A DNA stretch of 64,000 bases from Noviherbaspirillum sp. (GTDB lineage: Bacteria; Pseudomonadota; Gammaproteobacteria; Burkholderiales; Burkholderiaceae_D), in the NCBI RefSeq assembly GCF_035944575.1, contig NZ_DASZBA010000191.1:172-64171 (forward strand). Direction: 5' to 3'. A program made the translations under genes and the position numbers. Within the stretch, counting starts at the first letter, position 1, and every line of letters starts with the position of its first letter. This document shows positions 38,474 to 47,582 of this stretch, piece after piece. The notes beneath the pieces are model-generated. The model was not told the origin of the DNA. It saw only the letters and a list, made by a program, of their open reading frames with translations, and made no database searches.

Positions 38474-40428
38474 GCTGCCTGCCTGATAGCGGGGAATGTC
38501 TTCACGTCACGGATCTGCAGGTCGGCGCTGATCATGCCTTGCCGCCCGTCTTCGAACTTCACCTGCGTTTCGATGTACTGCGAAGTCTTCTCCAAATACA
38601 GCGCATCGATCAGCACGCGGTATTTCTCGCTGATGAACTTGCGCCGCACCTTGCGCGTGCGCGTCAGCTCATCATCGTCCGGATCGAGTTCCTTGTGCAG
38701 GACGAGGAAACGATGGATCTGGGTGCCGCTCATCAGCGGTTCGGCGGCAAGATCGGCGTTCACCTTCTCCACGCATTCGGCGATCAGGTCGGCGGTCTCG
38801 CGCTTGCCCGCGAGATCGGTGTAGCCGGCGTAGGGCAGGCCGCGCCGCTCGGCCCAGTTGCCAACCGCGTCCATGTCGATGTTGATGAAGGCGCACACCC
38901 GGTCGCGCCCGTTGCCGAAGGCAACTGCTTCCTTGATGAAAGGGAAGAACTTGAGCTTGTTCTCGATGTAGTTGGGCGCGAAGATGTCGCCGCCGGACAT
39001 CTTGCCCACGTCGGCCGCGCGGTCGATGATTTTCAGGTGGCCCTGCTCATCGAAGAAGCCGGCATCGCCGGTATGGAAATAGCCGTTTTCGTCGATCACC
39101 TCGGCGGTCGCGTCCGGCCGCTTGTAGTACTCCTTCAGCATCGCGGCAGAGCGCACCAGCACCTCGCCGTTGTCCGCGAGCTTCACTTCCACGCCGGGCG
39201 CGGGCAGGCCGACGCTATCGAACTTGATGTTGCCGTCGGGCTGCAGGCATACATAGGCACAGGTTTCGGTGGCGCCGTAGAGCTGCTTCAGGTTGACACC
39301 GATGGAGCGGTAGAAGCGGAACAGGTCGGGACCGATCGCCGCGCCGGCGGTGTAGGCCACGCGCACCCGCGACATGCCGAGCACGTTCTTCAGCGGGCCG
39401 TAGATCAGCATCTTGCCCAATGTGTAATTGATCCGGTCCATCATGCCGACCGGCTTGCCGTCGAGGATGTCGGAGCCGACCCGCCGCGCCACGTCCATGT
39501 AGTAATGGAACAGCTTGCGCTTGACGAAACCGGCATCCTCCATGCGGATCATCACCGTGGTCAGCAGGTTCTCGAAAATGCGCGGCGGCGCGAAGTAATA
39601 GGTCGGCCCGATCTCGCGCAGGTCGGTCATTACCGTATCGCCGGACTCGGGGCAGTTGACGGTGAAACCCGCCACCAGCGCCTGCGCGAAGGAGAACAGA
39701 TGATCCCCCACCCATGCCATCGGCAGGTAGGACAGGATGTCGTCGGCATCGGTGAGCTTGTCGAAACCGACACCGCCGGTCGCCGCCGCGATCATCGCGC
39801 CATGCGCCATGCACACGCCTTTCGGCTTGCCGGTGGTGCCCGAGGTGTACATCATGATTGATACATCGTCGGGCTTGCCGGCAGCAACTTCGCGCAGGAA
39901 GAAATCCGGATTGGCGCGGTCGAACTCGCGGCCGAGCTGCTGCACGCTCTTGTACGAGGTCAGTTCCGGCTGCGTGTAGTTGCGCATGCCGCGCTCATCG
40001 TCGTAGATGATGTGCGAGATACGCGGCAGCGTGGCCTTGATCTCCATCAGCTTGTCGACCTGTTCCTGGTCCTCGACGATGGCGAAATCGATTTCCGCAT
40101 CGTCCAGCACATAGGCCATGTCGGCCGCCGGCGCATCCTGGTACAGGGGCACGGGCACGCCGCCGAGGCATTGCGCGGCCATCATCGCCCAGTACAGGCG
40201 GGGCCGGTTATCGCCGACGATCGCCAGGTTCATGCCGCGCCGGAAGCCCATGGCCGCCAGCCCGCAGGCGAGCGCGCGCACTTCATCGTTGACCTGGGAC
40301 CAGTTCCAGGTCTGCCAGATGCCCAGATCCTTTTCGCGGAACGCCGGTTTGCCCGGTCTTTGTTTCGCGTGCTGCATCAATATGCGCGGGAAGGTCTGCG
40401 TTCCCGCTGCGTGTGTCTCGTCCATCAT
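38470..40428 (-). CDS. Long-chain acyl-CoA synthetase (AMP-forming)
   Basis: Start set at the ATG after AAGGAAAG. The AMP-binding motif is MYTSGTTGKPKG. Its stop overlaps the livG-like start. Confidence 0.85.
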   Translation of the reverse strand: MMDETHAAGTQTFPRILMQHAKQRPGKPAFREKDLGIWQTWNWSQVNDEVRALACGLAAMGFRRGMNLAIVGDNRPRLYWAMMAAQCLGGVPVPLYQDAPAADMAYVLDDAEIDFAIVEDQEQVDKLMEIKATLPRISHIIYDDERGMRNYTQPELTSYKSVQQLGREFDRANPDFFLREVAAGKPDDVSIMMYTSGTTGKPKGVCMAHGAMIAAATGGVGFDKLTDADDILSYLPMAWVGDHLFSFAQALVAGFTVNCPESGDTVMTDLREIGPTYYFAPPRIFENLLTTVMIRMEDAGFVKRKLFHYYMDVARRVGSDILDGKPVGMMDRINYTLGKMLIYGPLKNVLGMSRVRVAYTAGAAIGPDLFRFYRSIGVNLKQLYGATETCAYVCLQPDGNIKFDSVGLPAPGVEVKLADNGEVLVRSAAMLKEYYKRPDATAEVIDENGYFHTGDAGFFDEQGHLKIIDRAADVGKMSGGDIFAPNYIENKLKFFPFIKEAVAFGNGRDRVCAFINIDMDAVGNWAERRGLPYAGYTDLAGKRETADLIAECVEKVNADLAAEPLMSGTQIHRFLVLHKELDPDDDELTRTRKVRRKFISEKYRVLIDALYLEKTSQYIETQVKFEDGRQGMISADLQIRDVKTFPAIRQAA

Positions 40429-40657
40429 CCCGCTCTTTCCTTTGACCTGCACTTCGGTAGAGAAGAGACGCCGTGACGGCGATGCAAGCGGCCCGTGCGC
40501 TTTCTGCACGCGGTATCCGCTTACAATATCTCCGTGATGTTCTTGGAACTCTTTTTGTCAGGATACTAGAGTGATGCGCCGTCGTGCGCTGTCATCTGAT
40601 TGACAATCTACGCTTTAAAACAAACTAACTTCAACTATCTCGTTGACGCATTGCACA

Positions 40658-41344
40658 ATGAATTCTGATAAAGCCTCCTTCAATCAATTGCTGCGCCAGA
40701 CTATCTGGGCGCAGCAGCTGACGCCCGAGCAGATGGCGCGGGTGGAAGCGGAAACCATCGAGCAGTTCGTGCCGAAAGGCGGCTTCGTGTGCCGCAAGGG
40801 CGAGATGGTGGACGCATGGATCGGCGTGATCGAAGGCTTGATCAAGATCAACAATCTGTCGCCGGAGGGAAAATCGGTGACATTTGCCGGCGTGCCCGCC
40901 GGCGGCTGGATCGGCGAAGGCACGCTGCTCAAGCAGGAACACCGCAAGTACGATGTCACCGCATTGCGCGACAGCCGCATCGCGCGCATGCCGAGCAAGA
41001 CCTTCATGTGGCTTCTCGATACCAGCCTGCCGTTCACCCGTTTCCTGCTGATGCAGCTGAACGAGCGGCTTGGGCAATTCATCGGCATGGTGGAGTTCGA
41101 CCGTCTGCTGGACCCCGATGCCAAGGTGGCACGCTGCCTTGCAGCGCTGTTCAATCCCCATCTCTATCCCGGCACCAGCACGCTGCTGCAAATCTCGCAG
41201 GAGGAAGTCGGCTACCTGTCCGGTGCGTCGCGCCAGCGCGCCAACCAGGCGCTGCAGGTGCTGGAAAGGGAAGGTCTGCTGAAAGTCGATTACGGCGGCA
41301 TCCAGATACTGGATCTGGAAGGATTGCGCAACTTCCGCAAGTGA
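40658..41344 (+). CDS. Crp/Fnr family transcriptional regulator
   Basis: It has a cNMP-binding-like N-domain and a C-terminal HTH (ISQEEVGYLSGASRQRANQALQVLE). Confidence 0.8.
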   Translation: MNSDKASFNQLLRQTIWAQQLTPEQMARVEAETIEQFVPKGGFVCRKGEMVDAWIGVIEGLIKINNLSPEGKSVTFAGVPAGGWIGEGTLLKQEHRKYDVTALRDSRIARMPSKTFMWLLDTSLPFTRFLLMQLNERLGQFIGMVEFDRLLDPDAKVARCLAALFNPHLYPGTSTLLQISQEEVGYLSGASRQRANQALQVLEREGLLKVDYGGIQILDLEGLRNFRK

Positions 41345-41477
41345 TATGTCGGGTACCAGACGCCGCAACTGTCGCGATCTTTAACTATCTCAACAATGGT
41401 CGAATGAGATACGACCCGCCCGGACATCCGCGCTACCATCAGGCAATACCTTATTGCCCGTCGAAGGAAGACCGCCG

Positions 41478-42233
41478 ATGCCCGCCATGGAGTCACTTGC
41501 CGCATTCTGGTCCGGCCATGTGCTGGCGTCGAACCTGATCGTCGTCCTGAGCCTTTTTGGCGCATTGCTGCTGGGATTGCTGGTCGGCTATGAGCGCTCC
41601 TACCATGGCCGGGCCGCCGGCATGCGTACCTACGGCCTGGTGTGCATGGCCTCGGCGGCGCTGACGGTGATCGCCGGCTACCCCGGCGACTGGTTTGGAG
41701 GGCAAAACGGCGCGGAGGCCGGGATGCTGTACGGCGTGGACCCGACGCGCATCATCCAGGGCATCGTCACCGGCATCGGCTTCCTCGGTGCCGGCGTGAT
41801 CATGAAGGAAGGCCTCAACATCAGCGGGCTGACCACCGCCGCGTCGATCTGGGCGGCATCGGTGATCGGCATCCTGGTCGGCGTCGGGTTTTATCCGGCC
41901 GCCATCGGTCTGGCGGTCCTGTCGGCGATGTGCATGGTATGGATACCGAAACTCGGCGCGCGACTGCCATCCCGGCAGGCGGTCGCATTCACGCTGCGTT
42001 TCTGTAAAGGCGTGCAACCCAGTGAGGAAAGACTGCGGCGCGCGGCACTCGAACGTGGTTATGAGATCGCGAACGGATCGATTGCCATTTCCGTCCGGAA
42101 TGGCCAGGCGGAGTGGCATTTTGTCGGTGTCGCGCTCAACAAGGTCAGCGGCGCGCCGCTGACCGAGCTGGCGAGGGAATTGTCGGCCTTCGAAGGCGTG
42201 GAGAGCTTCCAGCTTTCACATGCGCGAAACTAG
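41478..42233 (+). CDS. MgtC/SapB family membrane protein
   Basis: GYERSYHGRAAGMRTYGLVC and TAASIWASVIGILVG are typical of MgtC. The start choice between 41478 and 41487 is uncertain. Confidence 0.8.
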   Translation: MPAMESLAAFWSGHVLASNLIVVLSLFGALLLGLLVGYERSYHGRAAGMRTYGLVCMASAALTVIAGYPGDWFGGQNGAEAGMLYGVDPTRIIQGIVTGIGFLGAGVIMKEGLNISGLTTAASIWAASVIGILVGVGFYPAAIGLAVLSAMCMVWIPKLGARLPSRQAVAFTLRFCKGVQPSEERLRRAALERGYEIANGSIAISVRNGQAEWHFVGVALNKVSGAPLTELARELSAFEGVESFQLSHARN

Positions 42234-42248
42234 ACGCCGGTCGGTTGA

Positions 42249-42848
42249 CTAGCTGCTTGCAATCCCCACTGCATGTTCATCGGCGGTTCCGCGCAGATGC
42301 GCGCGCATCTTGTTGGAGATCGCTTCGACCATCGCTTCGTTGAACGCCGGAAGGTCGTCCGGCGTACGGCTACTGACGAGGTTGCCGTCCGTCACCGCTT
42401 CCTGGTCCACCCAGTTGCCGCCGGCACTACGGATTTCGTCCTGAAGCGTCGGATAACTGGTCAGCGTCCTGCCTTCCACCAGCTTGGCCGATACCAACAG
42501 CCATGCGCCGTGGCAGATCACGGCGATGGGCTTCTGTTCCTCGTCGATCCCCTGGACGAAGCGCTGGGCTTCCGGGATGTTGCGCAATTTTCCCGCATTG
42601 ATTTCGCCCCCCGGCAATAGCACCGCGTGGAATTCCATCGGGTCGGCTTCCGTTAGCAGCAGATCGACGGTAAATTCATCGGCCTTCTGGTCGTGGTTGT
42701 AGCCTTGCACCTTGTCGAATTTGTCGGACACGATGGCGGTGGTTGCGCCGGCCTGTTCCAGCGCCTTTTTCGGCTCCGTGAGTTCGGATTGCTCAAAGCC
42801 ATCGGTGACGAGAATCGCCACCTGCATGCCGTTCAGTACTGGATCCAT
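42249..42848 (-). CDS. DJ-1/PfpI family protein (type 1 glutamine amidotransferase-like)
   Basis: Start set at the ATG after AGGAGA. The nucleophile elbow is AVICHGAWLL. Confidence 0.85.
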   Translation of the reverse strand: MDPVLNGMQVAILVTDGFEQSELTEPKKALEQAGATTAIVSDKFDKVQGYNHDQKADEFTVDLLLTEADPMEFHAVLLPGGEINAGKLRNIPEAQRFVQGIDEEQKPIAVICHGAWLLVSAKLVEGRTLTSYPTLQDEIRSAGGNWVDQEAVTDGNLVSSRTPDDLPAFNEAMVEAISNKMRAHLRGTADEHAVGIASS

Positions 42849-43097
42849 GCTTGTTCTCCTGTCTGCAAATATGAAGTGGAGTAACCCGCATGGAAAAAGT
42901 TCGGCGGGGCATGAGGTCCCTTGGCTTTGCACATTGCGCCGGCGCGGTGGCCGTCACACTGTCTGATCTTCAACAATTGCGGTTGCCGAACCAGCATTCC
43001 GGAAACAAGTCGAACAATAACCAATCCGGCATTTGCGCGACACAACAGGGAGCCGAATGAATCACGCTTGACCCGTATTTATATAGTGGAGGCATTC

Positions 43098-43433
43098 ATG
43101 AATATCAGCCGCATGTCGATCGTTCTTTCCGCCGCAGTCCTGTTCATGGCGGGATGCCAGAAGGCATCCGAGCCGCCAACGCCGGTGACATCGTCGGCCG
43201 CCGGATCGACGTCGTCGAGCACGTCGGTCGCTGCGCCGCCAAGCGCCATGCCGTCGTCGGACGCGACGATGAAGCCAGCCGCCCCGGGCAGCACCGGAAG
43301 CAGCGGTGACGCCCAATCGCCGACGCAGGCCAATCCAAGCACGTTAAGCAAGCAGGAAGAAAAAACCGCCATGCCGCAGTCTGGCCAGGTGAACAATCAC
43401 TCCGTGCCCGACACGACCGGCGAGAAAAAATAA
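43098..43433 (+). CDS. Ser/Pro/Ala-rich lipoprotein
   Basis: Start set at the ATG after GGAGG. The lipobox is LFMAGC, followed by a low-complexity mature region. Confidence 0.5.
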   Translation: MNISRMSIVLSAAVLFMAGCQKASEPPTPVTSSAAGSTSSSTSVAAPPSAMPSSDATMKPAAPGSTGSSGDAQSPTQANPSTLSKQEEKTAMPQSGQVNNHSVPDTTGEKK

Positions 43434-43436
43434 CGG

Positions 43437-44252
43437 TCAGCGATTGGCGAAGGGGAAGAACAACCGCTCGCCATTGACCTTGAAGTCGGCAATACGCCTC
43501 TGGCCCGCGTCGGAGGTGATCCACTCGATCAATTGCATCGCGCCCTTGTGATTGGCGCCCGGATGCCTTGCCGGGTTGACGGCGATGATGCCGTAGGGGT
43601 TGAACATTTTCTTGTCTCCCTCGACCGCGATCGCCAATCCGGTTTTCGCCTTATAGGCGAGGTAGGTGGCGCGGTCGGTCAGCGTGTAAGCCTGCAGCTC
43701 CGCCGCCATCGTCAGCACTTCGCCCATGCCAAGCCCGGCGGAAATGTAGGCGCTGCCCACCGGCTGGGTGCCGATTTCCTTCCAATAGGCTTTTTCCATC
43801 TGGTCGGTCCCGGAATTGTCGCCGCGCGAAATGAACTTCGCTTTCGCGTCGACGATCTTCTTCATCGCGGCCGTCACATCCTTCATGCCCTTGATGCCGG
43901 CAGGGTCCGCGGTCGGGCCGACGATGATGAAATCGTTGTACATGACATCGCGCCGGTTCACCCCATGGCCCTCCGCCACGAACTTGTCCTCCGATGGCCG
44001 CGCATGCACCAGCGTCACATCGACATCGCCATTCTTCGCCAGCTCCAGCGCCTTGCCGGTCCCGACCGAAATCACGTGCACCTTGGTTTTTGATTGCGCT
44101 TCGAACTCCGGCAGCAGGAATTTCAGCAGGCCGGAATTCTCGGTGCTGGTGGTGGTGGAGAGGCGGATGACGTCCTGGGCCAAAGCGGGGAGGTGGAGGA
44201 GGGTGGCGGTCAGGGCGATGGTGAAGAAGCGTCCGAGGAATTGGAAATTCAT
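43437..44252 (-). CDS. tupA: Tungstate ABC transporter substrate-binding protein
   Basis: Start set at MNFQFLGRFF with a signal peptide. It carries the TTTS signature (RLSTTTSTENSGLL) described for TupA. Confidence 0.75.
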   Translation of the reverse strand: MNFQFLGRFFTIALTATLLHLPALAQDVIRLSTTTSTENSGLLKFLLPEFEAQSKTKVHVISVGTGKALELAKNGDVDVTLVHARPSEDKFVAEGHGVNRRDVMYNDFIIVGPTADPAGIKGMKDVTAAMKKIVDAKAKFISRGDNSGTDQMEKAYWKEIGTQPVGSAYISAGLGMGEVLTMAAELQAYTLTDRATYLAYKAKTGLAIAVEGDKKMFNPYGIIAVNPARHPGANHKGAMQLIEWITSDAGQRRIADFKVNGERLFFPFANR

Positions 44253-44286
44253 GTCATGTCTCCGAAGTAGAAGCAATCGGCCACTT

Positions 44287-44315
44287 GCTCCTTCCCCCTG
44301 CAAGGGGGAAGGAGC
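44287..44315. repeat. Solo perfect C-type hairpin
   Basis: GCTCCTTCCCCC-TGCAA-GGGGGAAGGAGC forms a 12-13 bp stem. It lies between tupC and tupA. Confidence 0.8.
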
Positions 44316-44356
44316 ATGCCAGCGGCATAATCAATATCTCATTAAGCTTCCCGCCC

Positions 44357-45031
44357 TCACGCCACCCGCACCCTGTTTTGCCGCGCCTGCAACCTTCCAT
44401 CCCGCAGCTTCAGCCTCTGCACGCCCGGCAGTGCGATCAAATCGCGATCATGGCACGCCATGATCACGCTGCATCCCGCATCGATCAGCGACGGAATCAG
44501 GCGGATCACCTGTTCCCGTGCCGGGCCGTCGAGGTTCGCGGTCGGTTCGTCCAGCAACAGCAACCGGGGCGACAGCACCTTCGCACGCGCCAGGGCGACG
44601 CGCTGCTTTTCACCGCCCGACAGCGTGTGCGGCTTGCTGTTGCGCAGGTGCGCAAGCCCGGCCCACTGCAATGCTTCCTCGATGCGTTGCGCTGCATCAG
44701 CCTTGGCCACGCCGCGCGCCACAAGGCCATAGCCGATATTGTCGACGATGGTCGTTGAAAACAGGATCGGATGCTGGTGCACATAGACGATCGCGTCGCG
44801 CAATGCCCGCGGGTAGGGTTGGAAGGACACCGGTTCGCCGAGGAAGCGGGCGTCGCCGATTGCCGCCGGTTCCAGTCCGGCGAGGATGCGCAGCAGCGTG
44901 CTTTTGCCGGCGCCGTTCAGGCCGGTCAGCACATAGGCGCATCCGGCATTGACGGTCAGCGCGTCGATGTCAAACAGCAGCCGCTCGCCATACGCCTTGC
45001 GCAACAGCCGCAGCGACAGGATCGGGCTCAT
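44357..45031 (-). CDS. tupC: Tungstate ABC transporter ATP-binding protein
   Basis: 224-aa NBD with GLNGAGKST, LSGGEKQRVALA and LLLDEPT. It overlaps the permease stop. Confidence 0.7.
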   Translation of the reverse strand: MSPILSLRLLRKAYGERLLFDIDALTVNAGCAYVLTGLNGAGKSTLLRILAGLEPAAIGDARFLGEPVSFQPYPRALRDAIVYVHQHPILFSTTIVDNIGYGLVARGVAKADAAQRIEEALQWAGLAHLRNSKPHTLSGGEKQRVALARAKVLSPRLLLLDEPTANLDGPAREQVIRLIPSLIDAGCSVIMACHDRDLIALPGVQRLKLRDGRLQARQNRVRVA

Positions 45032-45735
45032 GATGCGCTCCGGACGCCGCGCGCATCGCCCTGCGCCAGCATCAGCAGGGCGTTGATTGCCAGGGCGAAT
45101 GTGATCAGCACCAGCCCGAGCGCGATGCCCTGCGCAAAATCCCCCTTGCTGGTTTCGAGTGCGATCGCGGTGGTGATGGTGCGGGTTTCGCCGGCGATGT
45201 TGCCGCCCACCATGATGGCGCAGCCCACTTCGGAAATCACCCGGCCGAAACCGGTGATGACGGCCGCCATGACGCCGAAGCGCACTTCATACAGCACCGT
45301 TGTCATGACGCGCCATGCCGATGCGCCGAGGCTAAGCGCGGTTTCGGCGATGCGGATGTCTGCCGCCTGCACCGCCGCCAGCGTGAAGGCGATCAGCACC
45401 GGCAGCGCGATGAGTACCTGTCCGGCGATGACGCCGGATTGCGAAAACAGCCATTGCAGGCTGCCGAACGGTCCCTGGCGCGACAGCATCAGGTAGAGCA
45501 GCAGGCCGATCAATACCGTCGGCAGCGATAGCGATACCTGGGCGAGCCAGATGACGATGCGGCGGCCCTTGAAGCTGCGGGTGGCTAGCGCATACCCGGC
45601 CAGCACGGCGATGGGTGCGGCGATCAGCAGCGCGATGAAGGAGGTTTTCAGGGAGACCCAGATGATTTGCCATAGCGCGGCGTCGCCGGAGAAGAGGAGG
45701 GCAAAGGCGTCGTTGATGGCGGTGAGGAGGTGCAT
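45028..45735 (-). CDS. tupB: Tungstate ABC transporter permease
   Basis: 235-aa polytopic ORF with an EAA-like loop (ETALSLGASAWRVMTTV). Confidence 0.7.
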   Translation of the reverse strand: MHLLTAINDAFALLFSGDAALWQIIWVSLKTSFIALLIAAPIAVLAGYALATRSFKGRRIVIWLAQVSLSLPTVLIGLLLYLMLSRQGPFGSLQWLFSQSGVIAGQVLIALPVLIAFTLAAVQAADIRIAETALSLGASAWRVMTTVLYEVRFGVMAAVITGFGRVISEVGCAIMVGGNIAGETRTITTAIALETSKGDFAQGIALGLVLITFALAINALLMLAQGDARGVRSAS

Positions 45736-45863
45736 TGGGTGAGGCTAGGGAGTGCGGATGAGTGTCATTCTACTGAGAGTTTGAGATGTGGTTTGCAGTG
45801 GGTCTGGTGAACGCATACTGCTTCTATCCTTACCGTCTCGCTTCCCGATGTAAAGGAAAGGTC

Positions 45864-45905
45864 CCTTCCCCCTTCCAGGGGGAAGGCTAGGATGGGGGTA
45901 GTGAG
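45864..45905 (-). repeat. Partial repeat (C hairpin plus half of B)
   Basis: CCTTCCCCCTTCCAGGGGGAAGG followed by CTAGGATGGGGGTAGTGAG. Confidence 0.7.
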
Positions 45906-45959
45906 TATCAACCAAAGACTACCTCGGCAACAATATCGAATGCAAAGGGAAACCAGTGC

Positions 45960-46260
45960 AGGAATTCTCTTCGTTAATTCAACGCTTTCCTTTCTTCGAA
46001 GAGACCAGCCGGGACTGGCCCCGGCGGGCCACCTCCTTTTTTGCTTCGCCAAAAAAGGAGGCAAAAAAGGGCTGGAGCACTGCTCCAGCGAGGCAAAGTC
46101 GCTGCCCTTCGGGTCCCCGAGGAAGTGACGCACCAAGCGGGAAGCGAAATAAACTCGCCTGCGGCTCAGACAAATTTCGCTTCTATATCCGCTCGGCACG
46201 CCACTTCCTCGGCAGCGCCACAGCGGAATTCAACAACCACAGCCTCTATGCGCAACCCTG
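45960..46260. repeat. Second, different highly structured non-coding element
   Basis: It contains hairpins CCTCCTTTTTT-GCTTCGCC-AAAAAAGGAGG and GCTGGAGC-ACT-GCTCCAGC. It also has a long imperfect IR, 46125-46143 versus 46196-46214, enclosing the perfect 10-bp IR GAAGCGAAAT/ATTTCGCTTC. Confidence 0.6.
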
Positions 46261-46298
46261 GCGATTTGCAGTCAGCTTACCCATTCTTGGCAAATGCC

Positions 46299-47144
46299 TC
46301 ACGCCACCCTTAACCCGCCTTCCAGCAGATGCGGTTCAAGAATTAACCTCTCCTTGCCCGTCAGCAGCAGGAAATGCTTGCCGGTGCAGCGCGCCAGCAG
46401 CGACATGCCGAGTTTTTCGGCGACCATGTGGCCCATCTGGGTGGTGCCGGAGCGGGAGAGCAGGAAGGGGATGCCCATCTGTGCGCCCTTGATGACCATT
46501 TCCGAGGTCAGCCGGCCGGTGGTGTAGAAGATCTTGTCGTCGCCGCCGATGTCGTCCAGCCACATGCGGCCGGCGATGGAGTCGACCGCATTGTGGCGGC
46601 CGACGTCCTCGACGAAGTACAGCAGTTCGCCATCCGACGAGAACAGCGCGCAGCCGTGCACCGAGCCAGCCTGCTTGTAGATCGATTGCTGTACGCGGAT
46701 GGTATCGACGATCTTGTACAGCGTCGATTGCTTCAGGCGCGCGTCGGGCGAGAGGGTGATGCTGTCGACCTCATCCATCAAACCGCCGAAGACCGAGCCC
46801 TGGCCGCAGCCGGTCGTGACGACTTTTTTCGACGTCCGTTCTTCCACGTCGGCAATGCCGTTGCGGGTGGTGACGGCAACCGCTTCCACTTCCCAGTCGA
46901 CCTGCACCGATTCGATCTCGTCGATGGACCGCACCAGCCGCTGGTTGCGCAGATAGCCGAGCGTCAGGGCTTCCGGCGCGCCGCCCAGGGTCATCAGGGT
47001 GACGAGTTCGCGCTTGTCGACATAGACAGTGAGCGGCCGTTCGGCCGGGATCGAGATGGTGGACAGGCGGCCGCGCTCGTCCATGACTTCGACTTCCCTG
47101 GTGAGAGGGACGGTGGCACTGGAAAGAAGAGGGCGGCGTGACAT
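46299..47144 (-). CDS. fdhD: Formate dehydrogenase accessory sulfurtransferase
   Basis: Start set at the internal ATG (MSRRPLL). VTTGCGQGSVFG and VEDVGRHNAVD are FdhD hallmarks. Confidence 0.85.
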   Translation of the reverse strand: MSRRPLLSSATVPLTREVEVMDERGRLSTISIPAERPLTVYVDKRELVTLMTLGGAPEALTLGYLRNQRLVRSIDEIESVQVDWEVEAVAVTTRNGIADVEERTSKKVVTTGCGQGSVFGGLMDEVDSITLSPDARLKQSTLYKIVDTIRVQQSIYKQAGSVHGCALFSSDGELLYFVEDVGRHNAVDSIAGRMWLDDIGGDDKIFYTTGRLTSEMVIKGAQMGIPFLLSRSGTTQMGHMVAEKLGMSLLARCTGKHFLLLTGKERLILEPHLLEGGLRVA

Positions 47145-47216
47145 GGCGAATCGCTTTATTCCGGGTCTGGCATGGCGACCGGCATCGCCATGCATCGTGC
47201 TGCGTGGTTTGCTGCC

Positions 47217-47582
47217 TTACTTCTTCGTTTCAGCGGCCTGGGCCGGTTGGGCCTGCTGGGTCTGCTGACCCGCCGCCGGTACCGGCTTGGCATCGGCGAC
47301 GCCGACCTGGGTTGCCTGCTGTGCCGCCACGTAGGGGCCGGGATCGGTGCATGCCGGGACTTCCGGCCCGCCCTTGATGCTCACGTTCTTGGTCTTCGCG
47401 TAGTATGCCGCGACCTTGTCCTGCGACAGGCAGAGTTTGTAGGCGGCAACCTTGTCGCCCCACGCCGCCTTGTCCTTGGCGGCTGCTGCTGCGGCGGTTG
47501 CTTCCGGGGTCGGCGGTGGCAGTTTTGCCTGCGCCGCGCCGCAAATTGCAAGGGCGATCAAGCCGAACGACAACTTCTTCAT
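47217..47582 (-). CDS. Small secreted Ala/Gln/Pro-rich protein, unknown function
   Basis: Start set at MKKLSFGLIALAICGAAQA (signal peptide). Its ATG overlaps the stop of the gamma subunit gene (ATGA). Confidence 0.5.
   Translation of the reverse strand: MKKLSFGLIALAICGAAQAKLPPPTPEATAAAAAAKDKAAWGDKVAAYKLCLSQDKVAAYYAKTKNVSIKGGPEVPACTDPGPYVAAQQATQVGVADAKPVPAAGQQTQQAQPAQAAETKK

Noticed and set aside
38431-39861. 476-aa plus-strand ORF
   Set aside because: It is antisense to the acyl-CoA synthetase, which carries MYTSGTTGKPKG.
45736-45860. Moco riboswitch in the tupB leader, also looked for upstream of the FDH operon at 52825-53100
   Set aside because: Only a weak CCGCACUCCC resemblance appears near the tupB start. 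I could not find the other conserved core segments or the expected multi-stem junction by eye. It needs cmscan, so I make no claim.
45765-46492. 144-aa minus and 178-aa plus ORFs in the fdhD-tupB spacer
   Set aside because: They overlap each other on opposite strands and are built from hairpin-repeat sequence (for example FFASPKKEAKKG from the A/T-run hairpin). They have no SD or start context.
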